Source: Thermoplasmata archaeon
GTDB taxonomy: Archaea > Thermoplasmatota > Thermoplasmata > Lutacidiplasmatales > UBA184
Assembly: GCA_021790425.1 (NCBI GenBank)
Contig: JAJYEA010000007.1
Location: 696 to 64,695 of the forward strand
Direction of reading: 5' to 3'
Length of the DNA: 64,000 nt
Position numbers and translations under genes: made by a program. The notes below the pieces were generated by a model that was not told the origin of the DNA, did no database searches, and worked only from the letters and a program-made list of their open reading frames with translations. Shown here one piece after another: positions 1-8,621 of this stretch. Numbering within the stretch: position 1 is the first letter of the stretch; every line of letters starts with the position of its first letter.

Positions 1-3000
1 CGACAGCGGGAGACTACGGAGGGGGCGGCTATGGGGGGGTCAATGGCGCCGACCCGTGTTCCGGCCCTTGCATGGAGTCTGACGGAGTCCCGTACCTGGT
101 CGACAACATCGGACAGATCACGCAGGGGATCACAGAGAAGAACGTCGGCGTGACCTCCTCGAGCCACGTCACCTTCTCGATGGTGGATTACTTCTCCAAC
201 CAGGGCGCGGACCACGACGACGGGGACGGGTCCGAATACAACGTGGACGTCTCGGCCTTCCAGCCAGCAACCAGCTTTGCGACGACGGTCAGTTCCATGG
301 CCTCGGGGAACACGCTCTTCGGCCGGAACTGGGTCTCGTCGATCCAGGTCTATGGCGACTCGGACTTCTCGGACAACTTCCTTTCCTCCTCGATGATCAC
401 CGCCCTCTACGGTGGTCTGCACGGTTCCGGCCTCTCCTGGGTGAACAACGCGAGCACCTACCACGTGGTCGTTCTCGTGGGCTCGACCCTTCCCCGGGAC
501 GCGAAGTACCAGGGCAGCTGGTGCCCCACGTACAACGACTACACGAACGCCTGCCCCGACCTCTCCTCGACCTCGGAACCCGCCTACACCTACGGCAGCG
601 GACTGTCCGAGCCGGCAGGGGAGAACATCAGCGACATCGTGACGCTGGCCCAGCAGGAGCACGTTCTCATCGACACGATAGACCTCCCCGACGGGATGAC
701 GGAGATGGGCTCCCGTGACTACGTCAACACGTCGGCCACCACCGCCTACGTGGCGAAGGATGTCCGGGCCATTCTGGGGGCCGGGTGCTACCTGGCGCAG
801 GCCACGGGGGGTAGCTGGGAGGGCCCCACACCTGGATACAGCGGGGTCGGGTTCACCTGCGCGGCCGCGGCCACGCACAATTCGAAAGGGAACCTGACGA
901 ACACCTTCCGTCCGGCTTCCGGGGGGAGCTTCGGGTGGTCCACGAACCCGGCCCTGGGCTGGGCGCTCACGAACGTCGCCTTCCCCGCCTTCACGACCAA
1001 CTACACCGTGATCGGCTGGGTGAAGGAGCAGACCTTCGTCTTCGACCCTTCCACGAACTTCGTCATTGATCCTACGCAGGCGATGACGTTCGATTGCATC
1101 AACAACGGCACGGTCGTGACGAGCAAGTGCGCCGCGGCCGCCAACAGCAGCTTGGGTGGGGGCGGATGGACCTGGAGCTGGCCCTACCCCGCCATGTACC
1201 CGAACGACATGTGGTCTGTCTCGCTCACGGTGAATGTCAGCAGCACCTTCAACCAGAGCCAGCTCAACACCCCGGTATCGGTGGATGCCTGCCTCAACAA
1301 CACCTACTGGACGGGTTGTCCGGGGCCTACGTCGGGAAACTTCTACAGCTGGGTCCAGTACACGAACATCACTCACGTCAGCGTCATCCAGTCCTTCCCA
1401 CCGGCCTTCGTGGACGTGGCGTCCAACGGGGTCGTCCCCTCGCTCGCGAGCGTATCGGTGAGCCCTCCGAACGCGACGCTGATGGCCGGCGCCAACCAGA
1501 CCTTCACGGCCATTCCCACCTGCTCCGGGGGCACTTGTCCCACGGGCACATCGTACTACTGGTCGATGACCAACGCGAGCATGGGATACCTCAACACGTT
1601 CACAGGCCCGACCGTGGTGTTCACCTCGAGCGGATCGACCGGCTCCGTGGCGCTCTTCGTGAACGCAACGCTCTATAGCGTCACCCAGTCGAGCAGTCCG
1701 GTCCCGATCGCCGTCTCACCCTCGGTGCGCCTGAGCGCGGTGTCCGTTACCCCGAACCCGGTCCAGATGCAGGTCAATACCAGCCAGGGGTTCTCGGCGA
1801 CTCCTTCCTGCACGGGGGGCACCTGTGCTTCCGGGACGACCTATGTCTGGAACCTTACCAACTCCCTGGCCACGCTCGTCTCTTCCACGGGAAGCTCGGT
1901 CGTGGTGACGGCCGGGGCCTCGGCCGGCAACGTGACGCTCTTCGTGAACGCTACCCTGAGCGGCACGACGGTGATGAGCCGTCCCACGAACATCACCATC
2001 ACGGTGATGCCCCCCCCGACGCTCGCGTCGGTGGCGGTCACCCCCACCTTCGCCCAGTTGACGGTCGGTCAAACCGCCAATTTCACCGCGGTCCCGCTGT
2101 GTGGCTCACAGTCGTGCAGCCCGACGCCGACGTACTCCTGGACCCTCACCTCGGCGAGCTACGGGTCCCTGAATTCGAACGTCGGCAATCCCGTGATGTT
2201 CAGCGCCACGGCGGCCGGCACGGTCACGCTCTTCGTGAACGCCACCCTGAGGGGTACCACGGTACGGAGCAATCCGATCCCCATCACCGTCCAGGCGATC
2301 CCCCCCCTGATCGGCGTCACGATCAGCCCCCCGTCCGACACCCTCCCCGCCGGCCATGTCCAGTCCTTTGCCGCCAGCCCGAGCTGCACGGGGTCCTGCC
2401 CGACCGGGATCACGTACTTCTGGACGCTGACGAACAGCAAGGCGTCCCTCAACACGAGCCTCGGTGACGTGGTCACCTTGACCGCCGGTCCGAACGCGGG
2501 CGTGGTGAACGTCTTCGTGAACGCGAGCCTCGGCTCCGTCACGCGGCAGAGCTCGCCGGCACCCATTACCATCACCATCGCCTCCAATCCGCTGACCGGG
2601 GTCTCCGTGTCCCCCGGCTCGTGGTCGCTGAGCTACCCCGCCAGCACCACCTTCAACGCCTCGATCACGTGCACCTCGGGACCCTGCCCATCGGGGACGG
2701 TGTACTCCTGGTCGCTCACCAACCTGAACTACGCCTCGATCGCCAGCGCCACCGGTTCGACCGCGGTCGTCCAGTCGGCGAATGCCACCGGCACGACCAC
2801 GCTCTTCGTGAACGCCACCCTCGGCAACGTGACGAAGATGAGCGCGCCGGTGCCCATCTCGGTCCAGGGGATCACGGCGGCACCGGTAACGCTGGACTCG
2901 GTGACCCTCAGCCCCGGCGCTCCGACCGTGAACGAGGGAGCCACCCAGGTCTTCACCGCGCTCCCCACGTGCAGTGCGACCCCGTGCCCGACCGGCATCA

Positions 3001-3317
3001 CCTACGGCTGGAAGCTCAGTTCTTCGCTCGGCAGTCTCTCGGCCGCGAAGGGCGTCTCCACCACGTTCGAGGCGGGGTTCGACCCGGGCAAGGTCACGGT
3101 GACGGTGTCGGCAACGTTGAACCAGACCACGGTGAACGCCTCGACGGTCGTCACCATCATCGGGACCTCTTCGGGCGGTGGCGCGAGCCAGCCCACGCTA
3201 CCGGCGGGGGTCGTCTACCTGTTGGTGGCGGCGATTGCCCTCGCCGCGATACTGTTGATCTTCGTGCTCTATCGCCAGCGCCGACGCCCCGCTCCGCCGA
3301 CCCCCCCAACGGGGTAA
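1..3317 (+). CDS. Large cell-surface glycoprotein, 5'-truncated by the window edge, with ~9 tandem ~95-aa Ig-like repeats and a C-terminal TM anchor
   Basis: The reading frame is open from nt 3 with no stop before the ATG at 72, so the gene starts upstream of the window. Each repeat carries a CxGGxCPxGxxYxW(S/N)LTN ... LFVNATL motif. There are dozens of NxS/T sequons. The C-terminus is a hydrophobic helix (LLVAAIALAAILLIFVLY) followed by RQRRRP. GC3 is high. Confidence 0.8.
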   Translation, partial: TAGDYGGGGYGGVNGADPCSGPCMESDGVPYLVDNIGQITQGITEKNVGVTSSSHVTFSMVDYFSNQGADHDDGDGSEYNVDVSAFQPATSFATTVSSMASGNTLFGRNWVSSIQVYGDSDFSDNFLSSSMITALYGGLHGSGLSWVNNASTYHVVVLVGSTLPRDAKYQGSWCPTYNDYTNACPDLSSTSEPAYTYGSGLSEPAGENISDIVTLAQQEHVLIDTIDLPDGMTEMGSRDYVNTSATTAYVAKDVRAILGAGCYLAQATGGSWEGPTPGYSGVGFTCAAAATHNSKGNLTNTFRPASGGSFGWSTNPALGWALTNVAFPAFTTNYTVIGWVKEQTFVFDPSTNFVIDPTQAMTFDCINNGTVVTSKCAAAANSSLGGGGWTWSWPYPAMYPNDMWSVSLTVNVSSTFNQSQLNTPVSVDACLNNTYWTGCPGPTSGNFYSWVQYTNITHVSVIQSFPPAFVDVASNGVVPSLASVSVSPPNATLMAGANQTFTAIPTCSGGTCPTGTSYYWSMTNASMGYLNTFTGPTVVFTSSGSTGSVALFVNATLYSVTQSSSPVPIAVSPSVRLSAVSVTPNPVQMQVNTSQGFSATPSCTGGTCASGTTYVWNLTNSLATLVSSTGSSVVVTAGASAGNVTLFVNATLSGTTVMSRPTNITITVMPPPTLASVAVTPTFAQLTVGQTANFTAVPLCGSQSCSPTPTYSWTLTSASYGSLNSNVGNPVMFSATAAGTVTLFVNATLRGTTVRSNPIPITVQAIPPLIGVTISPPSDTLPAGHVQSFAASPSCTGSCPTGITYFWTLTNSKASLNTSLGDVVTLTAGPNAGVVNVFVNASLGSVTRQSSPAPITITIASNPLTGVSVSPGSWSLSYPASTTFNASITCTSGPCPSGTVYSWSLTNLNYASIASATGSTAVVQSANATGTTTLFVNATLGNVTKMSAPVPISVQGITAAPVTLDSVTLSPGAPTVNEGATQVFTALPTCSATPCPTGITYGWKLSSSLGSLSAAKGVSTTFEAGFDPGKVTVTVSATLNQTTVNASTVVTIIGTSSGGGASQPTLPAGVVYLLVAAIALAAILLIFVLYRQRRRPAPPTPPTG

Positions 3318-3690
3318 GGCACCCGGAGCCCGCGGGTCCCCGGGATATCGACGTTGGCGTCTACGCCTCCTGGTGCCTTTCGTCCCCGTTTTGCACGGTT
3401 CGCGGGACGCAAACAATGGAAGGACACGGCGCGTTGCGTTCTGTAACATTTGAGCACTTACTTTAGAATAGTTGTAATCGCAAGTGATGAGCCAGTGACC
3501 GACCCGGTATATGAAACTGACAACTGAATTGTGCCCGCGCCGACAAAAGTACCGAGCACAATGTAGCGTTACGTTTTCAGCGGTCGAAATCACGCGGAAT
3601 GCGCTGTGACCGTTCCCGTGGTGGCGTACGGAAGTTAGGGAAAGACCATATCCCCTCTTGCCCATTATTTATGCAAGGAGGAAAGCTCGA

Positions 3691-4212
3691 GTGACGCGCG
3701 AAGAAACAATGAACGCCGAAGCTATGGATGTCACTCTCCTCCCCAAATCCGGGTCCTCCCGGGAGACCATCGAGCCCCAGTCCGTCTGGGTCTGCGAGGA
3801 GTGCGGCCGCCGGGAACGGATCCATCCGATGGGATGTCCCGAGTGCGGCTCTTCGGACTTCCGACTCGTCGTCGGGTTCAGCGACGACCTCACCCGGCGC
3901 CCCGTTTCCACCCGCGGAGTGCTCTCCCGGAGGGAGAAGTCCGATGTGGCCGTGATGGACCGCACCACCGGGCCGTCCGACCGCGAGCGGATCACGGTCT
4001 CCGCGAACGTATTCTCCTTCACCCCGGGAAGGTCGGACGGGGTCGACGTTCCCTATCCGGAGGAGGACCGTTCGGGAAAGCCTCGGATCTCCGCCCCCTG
4101 GTCTTCCCGGCCCAGCACGCGCTTTCGCACTCCCCCTCCCGCGCGACGCCCGCGCAAGAGCCTCGTGAGCACCCGCCCTCGCGTCGGGCGTCGCTCGCGT
4201 CAAAAGCGGTAG
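3691..4212 (+). CDS. Small zinc-ribbon protein (CEECG...CPECG) with a basic, low-complexity tail
   Basis: An AGGAGG Shine-Dalgarno at 3676-3681 sits 9 nt before the GTG at 3691. An ATG at 3709 is also possible; the track's TTG at 3658 is unlikely. A CxxC-x13-CxxC zinc-ribbon motif is present. Confidence 0.45.
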   Translation: MTREETMNAEAMDVTLLPKSGSSRETIEPQSVWVCEECGRRERIHPMGCPECGSSDFRLVVGFSDDLTRRPVSTRGVLSRREKSDVAVMDRTTGPSDRERITVSANVFSFTPGRSDGVDVPYPEEDRSGKPRISAPWSSRPSTRFRTPPPARRPRKSLVSTRPRVGRRSRQKR

Positions 4213-4242
4213 GGCCCCGCCCGTTTCGGTGGGATGCGACCG

Positions 4243-4815
4243 CTAGCGGCGGTCTCGTGCGGCCGGGTTTCTAAGCAGCTTCTCCACGGCGTCCTTCGCT
4301 GTCTGTTCCCTCGCTCCCCAGCTTCCCCGTACGTCGGTCCAGCGCATCCCACGCCGTTTCATTTCCTCTCTCAGCCGGTCGTGGATCCGGACCCGACCGA
4401 CCGGCAGGTCCCGCTGGGGGTCCTCCACCCAGGGTACGTCCGGATGGAGGAGGAGGATCAGGTCGTAGTGCTCTTCGTCGGCCATCCGGGACACGACCGG
4501 GTCAACGTAGCCGAAGTAGTGCTCGAAGTAGACGCAGGTCAGCAGGGCGTCGGTGTCGACGAAGAGTACCCGGCTCGCACGGCGCACCGCCTCCTCCTCG
4601 AGCCGTGCCTGGCCACGGGCGATGGTGACCTGATCGTCCCGCGTCAGTTTCCCCTGCCGTTGCTGGAAGTACTCCCGGAGATACTCCGGGCACCATGAGG
4701 TGCGGTAGGTTCGGGCGAGTTCCTGGCAGAGCGTGGACTTCCCGGTAGACTCCGCGCCCGTCACCAGCACTCGTCGGGGAGGCTCTGACCCCTCCGTCGT
4801 GGCGGCCCGATGCAT
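4243..4815 (-). CDS. NadR-type P-loop ATPase/kinase-like protein (AAA_28 family)
   Basis: Walker A motif VLVTGAESTGKSTLCQELA followed by WCPEYLREY, as in the NadR C-terminal ribosylnicotinamide-kinase domain; about 190 aa. Confidence 0.75.
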   Translation of the reverse strand: MHRAATTEGSEPPRRVLVTGAESTGKSTLCQELARTYRTSWCPEYLREYFQQRQGKLTRDDQVTIARGQARLEEEAVRRASRVLFVDTDALLTCVYFEHYFGYVDPVVSRMADEEHYDLILLLHPDVPWVEDPQRDLPVGRVRIHDRLREEMKRRGMRWTDVRGSWGAREQTAKDAVEKLLRNPAARDRR

Positions 4816-4911
4816 GGCGCCACCAGAGTCCGCAGGGAAAAAACGATGCTCCTAAGGTCCGCCGACCGTGTCTATCGCGGCTGGCGCGGGTATCGCGAGG
4901 GTGAAGTGGGA

Positions 4912-4983
4912 TGGACGTGGAGGGATTTGAACCCTCGGCCTCTGCTTTGCGAAAGCAGCGATCTTCCGCTGATCTACACGCCC
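4912..4983 (-). tRNA. tRNA-Ala (anticodon CGC)
   Basis: Manual cloverleaf: acceptor GGGCGUG/CACGUCC with the G3:U70 Ala identity pair, D-arm GAUC-AGCGGAA-GAUC, anticodon stem CUGCU/AGCAG around loop UUCGCAA, T-arm GAGGG-UUCAAAU-CCCUC, discriminator A. CCA is not encoded. Confidence 0.85.
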
Positions 4984-5492
4984 GTGGGGGAGCCCGTCGT
5001 CTTGTCCGAGGACTTTCGCCGGGCCAGCTTGAGCACGTTGTCTTCCGCGTCGTAACGGAAGAGTTCGGTGAAACGACCCCAGGTGATAAAGTTCTCGAAG
5101 GTCACGTCGCTCGGGACGGTCATGGGGGAGAGCATGGCGGCGAGCTCGTTTCCCCGGAGACGCTTCGTGAGCGACTTCTCCATCGCCCGGATGATGTCGC
5201 TGAACGGCGGGACCGATTTCAGGGCGTCCCGGAGGACGGCCTTCCGCATCCGGATCGTCCCGGAGAGGAGCTTCCGCCCGGCGTCGGTGAGGGTCCCCTT
5301 CCCGTCGGTCACCGTCACGAAACCGAGTGCCTCGGCGAACTCCACCGAGGGAAGTATCTCGTCGATCTCCAGGTCGAGATCATCGGCCAGCCGGGCCAGG
5401 TCCTCCGTACCGGCATGGTCCTTCAGGAGGACCAGCAGACCCATCATCTCCGATGGGGAACACTTTGGATATCCGGCCGACAACTTTCCCAC
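4974..5492 (-). CDS. Hypothetical protein resembling the stand-alone C-terminal 'AAA-associated' domain of NitT/TauT ABC-transporter ATPases (WGRFTELFRYD motif)
   Basis: 172-aa ORF with good GC3; its tail FITWGRFTELFRYD resembles the ABC-transporter AAA-associated C-terminal domain. The overlapping + strand ORF at 5068..5586 is Ser/Arg-rich junk. Its last 10 nt overlap the tRNA-Ala 5' end. Confidence 0.5.
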   Translation of the reverse strand: MGKLSAGYPKCSPSEMMGLLVLLKDHAGTEDLARLADDLDLEIDEILPSVEFAEALGFVTVTDGKGTLTDAGRKLLSGTIRMRKAVLRDALKSVPPFSDIIRAMEKSLTKRLRGNELAAMLSPMTVPSDVTFENFITWGRFTELFRYDAEDNVLKLARRKSSDKTTGSPTGV

Positions 5493-5621
5493 TACACCAG
5501 GGCGGGAAAGCAGGTGCGGGCTGGTGTATAAGGATTACGAATGGACCCGCAGGCGGGTCGGTCGGGGGCTTCGGGAGGTTAATTAGCTGTGGGCCCTCCG
5601 GGGGCGGAGGAGCGGGCCGTC

Positions 5622-6197
5622 ATGCACCAGGTCCAGCGACGGCGGGGGTCTCCATCGACCGCCCGGGGTCAACCTTCCCTCTTCGGCTCCGCCCGGGGCA
5701 TTCGTATCCGGCCCGCCACGGTGAGGGACCTCGAGACCCTCCGGGCCCACCGTCGGGGGATGTTCGTGGACATGGGGGTGGCCCCTTCGCGATCGTTGGA
5801 TGGTCACGACCGACGCTTCATCCCATGGGCGAGGGCCCGGCTGCGCAAGGGGGAGCTCTTCGGGCTCATCGCGGAGTCCCGCGACGGCGTCCCCGTGGCG
5901 AGTGGATGCGTCTGGTTACGGGAGGACCAGCCCCGTCCCTGGACGGAGCGCGAGCGGTCCCCGTACATCATGTCGATCTACACCCTGCCGGAATGGCGGC
6001 GCCGCGGTGTCGCCAATCGGATCGTCCGGGGGCTTCTCCGGGCCTGCCGTCGCCAGGGGTATCCGATGGTCCGGTTGAACGCTTCCCGCATGGGCCTGTC
6101 GGTCTACGAGGGCCTCGGTTTCGAGCGGACCACGGAGATGCGCCGCTGGTTGGACCCCTCCCGGAAACGCGCGTACTTCTCGAAGCGTAGGGGATAG
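5622..6197 (+). CDS. GNAT-family N-acetyltransferase
   Basis: Acetyl-CoA binding core YIMSIYTLPEWRRRGVANRIVRGLL...GLSVYEGLGFE. The start is taken at the ATG at 5622; the track's earlier start at 5589 is GC-rich lead-in. Confidence 0.75.
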   Translation: MHQVQRRRGSPSTARGQPSLFGSARGIRIRPATVRDLETLRAHRRGMFVDMGVAPSRSLDGHDRRFIPWARARLRKGELFGLIAESRDGVPVASGCVWLREDQPRPWTERERSPYIMSIYTLPEWRRRGVANRIVRGLLRACRRQGYPMVRLNASRMGLSVYEGLGFERTTEMRRWLDPSRKRAYFSKRRG

Positions 6198-6226
6198 TCA
6201 TTTTCTCCTCCTCTGCCCTACGGTCG

Positions 6227-6454
6227 GTGAGGTGGATTCCCGTGGCAGAAGACCGGTGGGCCGAGACCGCGATGAAACTCGAGGAGCTGCGCCAGCAGGT
6301 GGAGGCGCTCAAGAAGCAGCAGGCGGCCCTCATCACTGAGGTGGACGAACTGCTCCAGACGTTCCGGTCCCTGGCGATGCACATGGGTGTCGTCACCGAA
6401 GGCTACAAGTCGGGAGGGAAGAAGTCGACCGCCCCGCCCACGGGTTTCGCCTGA
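6227..6454 (+). CDS. Small coiled-coil protein (hypothetical)
   Basis: 75 aa with the heptad-like stretch MKLEELRQQVEALKKQQAALITEVDELL; it sits in the + strand run between GNAT and the deacylase. Weak. Confidence 0.3.
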   Translation: MRWIPVAEDRWAETAMKLEELRQQVEALKKQQAALITEVDELLQTFRSLAMHMGVVTEGYKSGGKKSTAPPTGFA

Positions 6455-6456
6455 GC

Positions 6457-7266
6457 GTGCACCTTCTACTCCTGAGCCAACCCGACCCGGTCGCCCGCGG
6501 GGTCGGGGAGCTCATCGGAGAGGGGACCCCCACCTCGTGCCACGTGGCAGGAGCGACGGTGCACCTGGTGGCCCCGAACCTGATGGCGGTCAAGCGGCCC
6601 GACTGGCACATCCGGGACGAACGGCTCGTCCAGGAGCTTCCCGCCGCCCTGCTCGCCCGCATCGATGCGATCATCTTCCCCTCGGTGCACCAGAGCGAGA
6701 GCCGCCGTCCCTGCCTGACGGTCCATCCGGTGGGCAACCTCACCGACGACGTCAGCGTGGGGGGGCGGCCCCGGACGGTGAACCCTGTCCCGGCCCTCCT
6801 GATGACCGAGGCCTTCCATCGGCTGCGGGAGGAAGGTGCCCGGGTCGGGATGGAGGCCACCTTCGAGGCCACGCATCACGGCCCTGCCCTTCCGGTCCCC
6901 TGTTTCTTCATCGAGGCGGGCAGCACGGAGACCGAGTGGAACCGGACGGACCTTCATCGGGCCATCGCCGACTCCCTGCTTGGCCTCCCCGACACGCTAC
7001 CCGAGCGGCCCATCGTGCTCGGGTTGGGGGGCGGGCACTACATGCCCTACTTCAAGGACCTCGTGCGTCGGCGGAGTGTCGCGCTCGGCCACATGGTTCC
7101 CACCCACCACCTCCCGGGGGTCACCCGGGAGTTCGCGCAGCAGCTCGTCCAGGCAAGCCCGGGGGCCACGGGCCTAGTCTACGCCAAGACGAAGGACCGT
7201 ACGGGCTCCCCGTTCGAGGGGCTCATGCCCTCCCTCGCTGAAGGGGAGCTCCCGAACGCCCCCTGA
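6457..7266 (+). CDS. Putative archaeal-type D-aminoacyl-tRNA deacylase (DTD2/DtdA-like)
   Basis: 269 aa with a GGGHY motif and the length and architecture of the archaeal tRNA_deacylase family; recalled from memory, not searched. Confidence 0.5.
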   Translation: MHLLLLSQPDPVARGVGELIGEGTPTSCHVAGATVHLVAPNLMAVKRPDWHIRDERLVQELPAALLARIDAIIFPSVHQSESRRPCLTVHPVGNLTDDVSVGGRPRTVNPVPALLMTEAFHRLREEGARVGMEATFEATHHGPALPVPCFFIEAGSTETEWNRTDLHRAIADSLLGLPDTLPERPIVLGLGGGHYMPYFKDLVRRRSVALGHMVPTHHLPGVTREFAQQLVQASPGATGLVYAKTKDRTGSPFEGLMPSLAEGELPNAP

Positions 7267-7299
7267 CCGGGCCGGTCCCGAGGCGAACGGTTTTCCGCT

Positions 7300-7809
7300 G
7301 TGGTGTCTGCCCCCATCATGGATTCGGCGGAGCTCACGGCGAAGCTCACAGAGCTCGGGCTGGCACTTCCCCCGGCTCCCGCTCCGAAGGGAGCGTATGT
7401 TCCCGTGGTCGTCCATGGGGACCTTGCCTGGGTCTCCGGGATGTTGCCGTTGGGTCCCGGGGGGCTCATTGCCACGGGCAAAGTGGACGCGGAGGTCGCG
7501 CTCCCGACGGCCCGGGAGGCGGCGCGCACTGCCGCGCTCAACGGTTTGTCGGCTCTCGTGACGGCCCTGAAGGGCCCGGACCGGATCCTCCGGGTGGTGC
7601 GGGTGGGCGTGTTCGTGGCGAGCTCTCCCAGTTTCACCGCGCAACCGGACGTGGCCAACGGGGCGTCCGAGCTCCTGCTCGGCCTCTTCGGCGAGGCGGG
7701 ACGTCACGCGAGGGCCGCGGTGGGAGTGGCCAGCCTCCCGCTCAACTCGCCGGTCGAGGTCGAGATCCTCGTTGCCCTGGGCGAAGCGAAGACGGCCCGC
7801 GGGCCGTAG
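7300..7809 (+). CDS. RidA/YjgF/RutC-family reactive-intermediate deaminase-like protein
   Basis: PKGAYVPVVVHGDLAWVSGMLPL...RVGVFV matches the YjgF/Rid fold pattern. Confidence 0.7.
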   Translation: MVSAPIMDSAELTAKLTELGLALPPAPAPKGAYVPVVVHGDLAWVSGMLPLGPGGLIATGKVDAEVALPTAREAARTAALNGLSALVTALKGPDRILRVVRVGVFVASSPSFTAQPDVANGASELLLGLFGEAGRHARAAVGVASLPLNSPVEVEILVALGEAKTARGP

Positions 7810-7822
7810 GGTGAGCCGAGCG

Positions 7823-8518
7823 ATGGATCTGTTCCGGGACCCGGGGGTCTACCGCCGTGGGAAGCGGTTCTACACCGAGAACATGGTCCCCGGCGCGAGC
7901 GTCTACGGCGAGGCGCTGGTCTCGGAGGAGGGCCGGGAGTTCCGGGTCTTCGATCCCTTCCATTCCAAGCTCGCGGCCTACCTCGCCAAGGGGGGAAGCC
8001 AATGGCCCTTCGACCACGTCGACCGCCTCCTCTACCTCGGCGCAGGCTCGGGGTCGACCGTGAGCCACATCTCCGACATGCTTCCGCGGGCCCACCTCTA
8101 CGCGGTGGAACGTTTCCCGCGCCCCTTCGGGGTCCTCCTCCAGATGGCCCGGTCCCGGCCCAACCTCTATCCGATCCTGGCCGACGCGCAGAGCCCGGAA
8201 CGCTACCGTGCCCTCCCCGGTGAGGTCGACCTGATCTACCAGGACGTCTCGCAGCGGAACCAGGTGGCCATCCTGCTCGACAACGTGCGGACCTCGCTCG
8301 ACCCGGACGGCGTGGTCCTCCTGCAGCTGAAGACCCGCTCCATCACCCAGTCCGAGTCCCCCCGGGCGGTGCTCAAGACGGCCCTCGGCGAGCTCGAGGC
8401 CGGGGGACTGGTGGCCTCCGAGACCGTGGACCTGGCCCCGTTCTCGCGCGACCACTACGCGCTGGTCCTCGAGCGGGCCATGGGCAAGCGGGGCGCGCGC
8501 CCCGCCCACCGCCGGTAG
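7823..8518 (+). CDS. flpA: Fibrillarin-like rRNA/tRNA 2'-O-methyltransferase
   Basis: Conserved fibrillarin blocks: ENMVPGASVYGE, FRVFDPFHSKLAAYL, YLGAGSGSTVSHISD, YAVERFPR, PNLYPILADA, DLIYQDVSQ. The start is taken at the ATG MDLFRD at 7823. Confidence 0.85.
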   Translation: MDLFRDPGVYRRGKRFYTENMVPGASVYGEALVSEEGREFRVFDPFHSKLAAYLAKGGSQWPFDHVDRLLYLGAGSGSTVSHISDMLPRAHLYAVERFPRPFGVLLQMARSRPNLYPILADAQSPERYRALPGEVDLIYQDVSQRNQVAILLDNVRTSLDPDGVVLLQLKTRSITQSESPRAVLKTALGELEAGGLVASETVDLAPFSRDHYALVLERAMGKRGARPAHRR

Positions 8519-8540
8519 TCGCTCCGGGTCGACCGGGATA

Positions 8541-8613
8541 AGCCGCGGGAGGGATTTGAACCCTCGACCTGCTCCTTACCAAGGAGCCGCTCTGCCTGCT
8601 GAGCCACCGCGGC
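8541..8613 (-). tRNA. tRNA-Thr (anticodon GGU)
   Basis: Manual fold: perfect acceptor GCCGCGG/CCGCGGC, D-arm GCUC-AGCAGGCA-GAGC, anticodon stem GCUCC/GGAGC around loop UUGGUAA, T-arm GAGGG-UUCAAAU-CCCUC, discriminator U. Confidence 0.85.
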
Positions 8614-8621
8614 GCGGACCG

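Noticed and set aside
3198-3665. 155-aa minus-strand ORF in the AT-rich intergenic island
   Set aside because: It overlaps the 3' end of the surface-protein gene. Its odd composition (runs of R) and lack of motif mark it as spurious, from lack of stops in an AT-rich spacer.
5068-5586. 172-aa + strand ORF opposite the AAA-associated-domain-like gene
   Set aside because: Ser/Arg-rich junk composition; the minus-strand partner has a recognisable conserved motif.
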